A stretch of DNA of 64,000 nt, taken from positions 129,971 through 193,970 of the forward strand of contig JASEGC010000001.1 of the NCBI GenBank assembly GCA_030018415.1. The letters run 5' to 3'. This DNA comes from Candidatus Aenigmatarchaeota archaeon. Lineage in GTDB: Archaea; Aenigmatarchaeota; Aenigmatarchaeia; CG10238-14. A program made the translations under genes and the position numbers. A model generated the notes under the pieces. It searched no databases and had not been told where the DNA came from. It was given only the letters and a program-made list of their open reading frames with translations. This document shows, piece after piece, positions 62,901 through 64,000 of this stretch (positions are counted from its first letter, which is position 1; each line of letters starts with the position of its first letter).

Positions 62901-63728
62901 GGAAGATGTAGTAAATTTTACCTCGAGAAGATCATCGATGAGATTCCTTCTGATGAATATCTCAAGAACTTCGTGAGAGGCGATTTTTATGTGGATGAAG
63001 TAAAGAAAGTAGAAAAGATAGAAAAAGCTATTCCAGAATATGTTTTTGACCTCTCCGTTAACCCAACAGAAAATTTCATCGGTGGGTTGGGAGCTATTCT
63101 GCTACACAATACAGAAGCTAAAGCACTTTACGAAGCCATGCGTATCGGCGCTTTGACTAATGTCGTAGCCGGAACTATACATGGAGAGTCTGCATACGGG
63201 GTTTTTGATAGAGTTGTCAATGATCTAGGAGTCCCTCCAACGAGCTTTAAAGCGACTGACATCATCGTAATAGCTGGAAGGTTAAGGACTGCTGACGGTT
63301 TACATACATTCAGAAGAGTCCTAGAAGTGACAGAAGTGAGAAAACATTGGCAGAAAGATCCTATGGATGAAGGTGGCTTCGTGAACTTGATGGAATATCA
63401 TGCGAAAGAAGATATGTTGAAACCTACAGAGACTTTGATAAACGGAGAGTCTTTCATCGTTAATGAGATTGCTAAAAGAGTGAAAGAATGGCATGGTGAC
63501 TGGGATGCTGTCTGGAGTAACATCGAGTTGAGAGGAAGAGTGAAGCAGGCAATGGTTGATTATGCAAGAAAGCTTGGGAATAAGGAGATACTAGAGGCAG
63601 AATGGGTAGCCTTGAGTAATGACATGTTTCACGTGTTTTCGAATGAGGTTAGGAATGAGCTCGGTTATTTGGATTCTAAGGAGATATTCAAGAGATGGGA
63701 TGAGTGGTTTAAGAAGACGGTGAAATAA
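59976..63728 (+). CDS. Type II/IV secretion-family ATPase (FlaI/PilB/KlbA-like) with Cys-rich N-terminal extension and an intein
   Basis: Walker A SGGRSSGKTS, Asp box IVTVEDTLEIP, Walker B CLIVGEVRS, His box VAGTIHGES. A TTG start follows AGGTG by 5 nt. Confidence 0.8.
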   Translation: MVCEFETRNGLIRVSCANCVFGSSVEDFDVCFAKTIDKILQVRKVERIVLSGIREYEYDYEQTKLLIEIAEVYDKLMNREKIMSFARVGSEKCERCFPKRLAELQFLLSEMLRKDPIGAYVKINRMIRHYTEVGKREKLMCRRCYEYYVKNALVPMKKELEKTSLIQMIKDKIHGYKPGDRSLYREIFTPLIRPIFMLTRYMPIPPKRGRPLKRYTLMGNIIVEIFDVPGKVRRFYHVSPPEFRLSDEKYSIIDSARRYLAEHRPTETETTHPERARELLTSMGMELIRRMSLDMGLRLSDEELKEMVDILVRYTAGFGVLEVLLSDEKVQDIYINSPIGTVPIYLGHDDFEDCETNLIPTREDAEGWATRFRLLSGRPLDEANPVLDTELFSPGGRARVCAITRTLSPEGIGYALRRHRERPWTYPLFLDVKFFDPIFAGLMSFLIDGSRALLFSGGRSSGKTSLLSATLLEIMKKFRIVTVEDTLEIPVVQLRNLGYNIERLKSRSVITRVEAELPADEALRTAIRLGDSCLIVGEVRSSIPGDEEVFIVQDRIPKKVRIRELENVDVSRILVPTLDLKENFKVKLEKLRAFVKHPKRKLFIRITTKTGREVTVTPDHSVFTLGSLRIKEVEADKLKEGEPIIIPSKLPCGYNDLDYLDLTTILKDFRLENAEEYIRLAIKKVGWKRASEICGVKDVYRYLLSTQKTRIPVNAFLKLVKEARINFNVDKLRIKRGTSNTLPARLRVDENFCRFLGYYLSDGYIDRNTNLVVISNSDERILEDIKTVCLKCFGQEPIFRQTKSLGISTQVIIPNSPLAHLLINLGCGRVCKEKRIPALVYGLNERKISAFLKGMYSGDGCFTPSKNAGNAVRYFTTSKQLANDLMYLLLSLGIVGSIFIHEPSGRGGKKLYIVEFKQRDYVKKFLKKVGFVRKVREIFEKGRQHSQVNMLKFREDELKEHIVKLPRRYRHLKRFGRCSKFYLEKIIDEIPSDEYLKNFVRGDFYVDEVKKVEKIEKAIPEYVFDLSVNPTENFIGGLGAILLHNTEAKALYEAMRIGALTNVVAGTIHGESAYGVFDRVVNDLGVPPTSFKATDIIVIAGRLRTADGLHTFRRVLEVTEVRKHWQKDPMDEGGFVNLMEYHAKEDMLKPTETLINGESFIVNEIAKRVKEWHGDWDAVWSNIELRGRVKQAMVDYARKLGNKEILEAEWVALSNDMFHVFSNEVRNELGYLDSKEIFKRWDEWFKKTVK
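61599..63110 (+). mobile_element. Intein (504 aa) with LAGLIDADG endonuclease domain, inserted GEVRS/S...LHN/TEAKAL
   Basis: Ser1 block A SIPGDEEVFIV, terminal His-Asn, +1 Thr. LAGLIDADG motifs FCRFLGYYLSDGYI and AFLKGMYSGDGCF. Length is a multiple of 3. Confidence 0.75.
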
Positions 63729-64000
63729 TGCCTTATCTGTCTACTTTGTCTAAATTAATTCTTCTACTCCTGGCTGTCGCTATCGCCTCTTATTTGTTTT
63801 ATAAGGGGTTGGTATTTATAGAACCTCCTTCACCAGAAAGTAAGGAAAAAGCTAGGTTTTTAAGAACTCTCACATGTGCGTATGCAATGTGTGCAAGGAA
63901 AGGTTGTGATGCTGTAATAATCGATATTGGTTTCTTGGATAAAGACCAAACAATAAGTTGTTATAAAAAATGCAAAGAATTTGAAAATAGATATCACGAA
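63728..64000 (+). CDS. Membrane-anchored Cys-rich protein, 3' end beyond window
   Basis: The ATG overlaps the ATPase stop (TAATG). MPYLSTLSKLILLLLAVAIASYLFY is a TM helix, followed by a Cys-rich domain. The frame stays open to the window end. Confidence 0.45.
   Translation, partial: MPYLSTLSKLILLLLAVAIASYLFYKGLVFIEPPSPESKEKARFLRTLTCAYAMCARKGCDAVIIDIGFLDKDQTISCYKKCKEFENRYHE

Noticed and set aside
1-64000. CRISPR arrays, rRNA genes, tRNA genes, reverse transcriptase/DGR, transposases, integrases
   Set aside because: I saw no regularly spaced direct repeats. The only rRNA-like or tRNA-like GC-rich block is the SRP RNA. No YxDD reverse transcriptase motif, DDE transposase or tyrosine/serine recombinase catalytic domain appears in any ORF translation. 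The check was by eye only, so short or degenerate elements could have been missed.

Overview
AT-rich archaeal chromosome segment (G+C looks like roughly one third; not computed). It is gene-dense, with short intergenic spacers and many overlapping start/stop junctions. The content is core archaeal information processing: RFC large subunit, aIF2-beta, MCM, TBP, RNase HII, FEN1, the L15e/RNase P/proteasome/exosome superoperon, GatDE, SMC-ScpA, ArgRS, deoxyhypusine and diphthamide enzymes, RpoL, CTP synthase and SRP RNA. Many small membrane and coiled-coil proteins of unknown function are also present. The reduced-looking repertoire suggests a DPANN-like lineage (inference). No rRNA, tRNA or CRISPR array was found.

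Main observations:
1. Two unrelated core genes, RNase HII and proteasome alpha, are each interrupted about 30-45 nt after the start codon by a short hairpin insert (40 nt and 30 nt). Each insert splits a universally conserved motif. Both have the same helix(4 bp)-bulge(3 nt)-helix geometry as archaeal splicing-endonuclease substrates. Removing them by the same cleavage rule restores the frame and the canonical residues. This suggests BHB-type introns in protein-coding mRNAs.
2. LAGLIDADG elements are unusually dense. There are three inteins (SMC Walker A, ADP-forming acetyl-CoA synthetase alpha, FlaI/KlbA-like ATPase) and a free-standing LAGLIDADG gene wedged into the superoperon.
3. A second small cassette in the same superoperon is flanked by GC-rich inverted repeats.
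4. A type IV filament-like ATPase sits next to three tandem paralogous 5-TM proteins and coiled-coil proteins with no recognisable platform protein.
5. A Ku plus minimal DNA ligase operon is present.

Several reading frames break at homopolymer runs, which probably reflects assembly quality. That cannot explain the 30- and 40-nt inserts.
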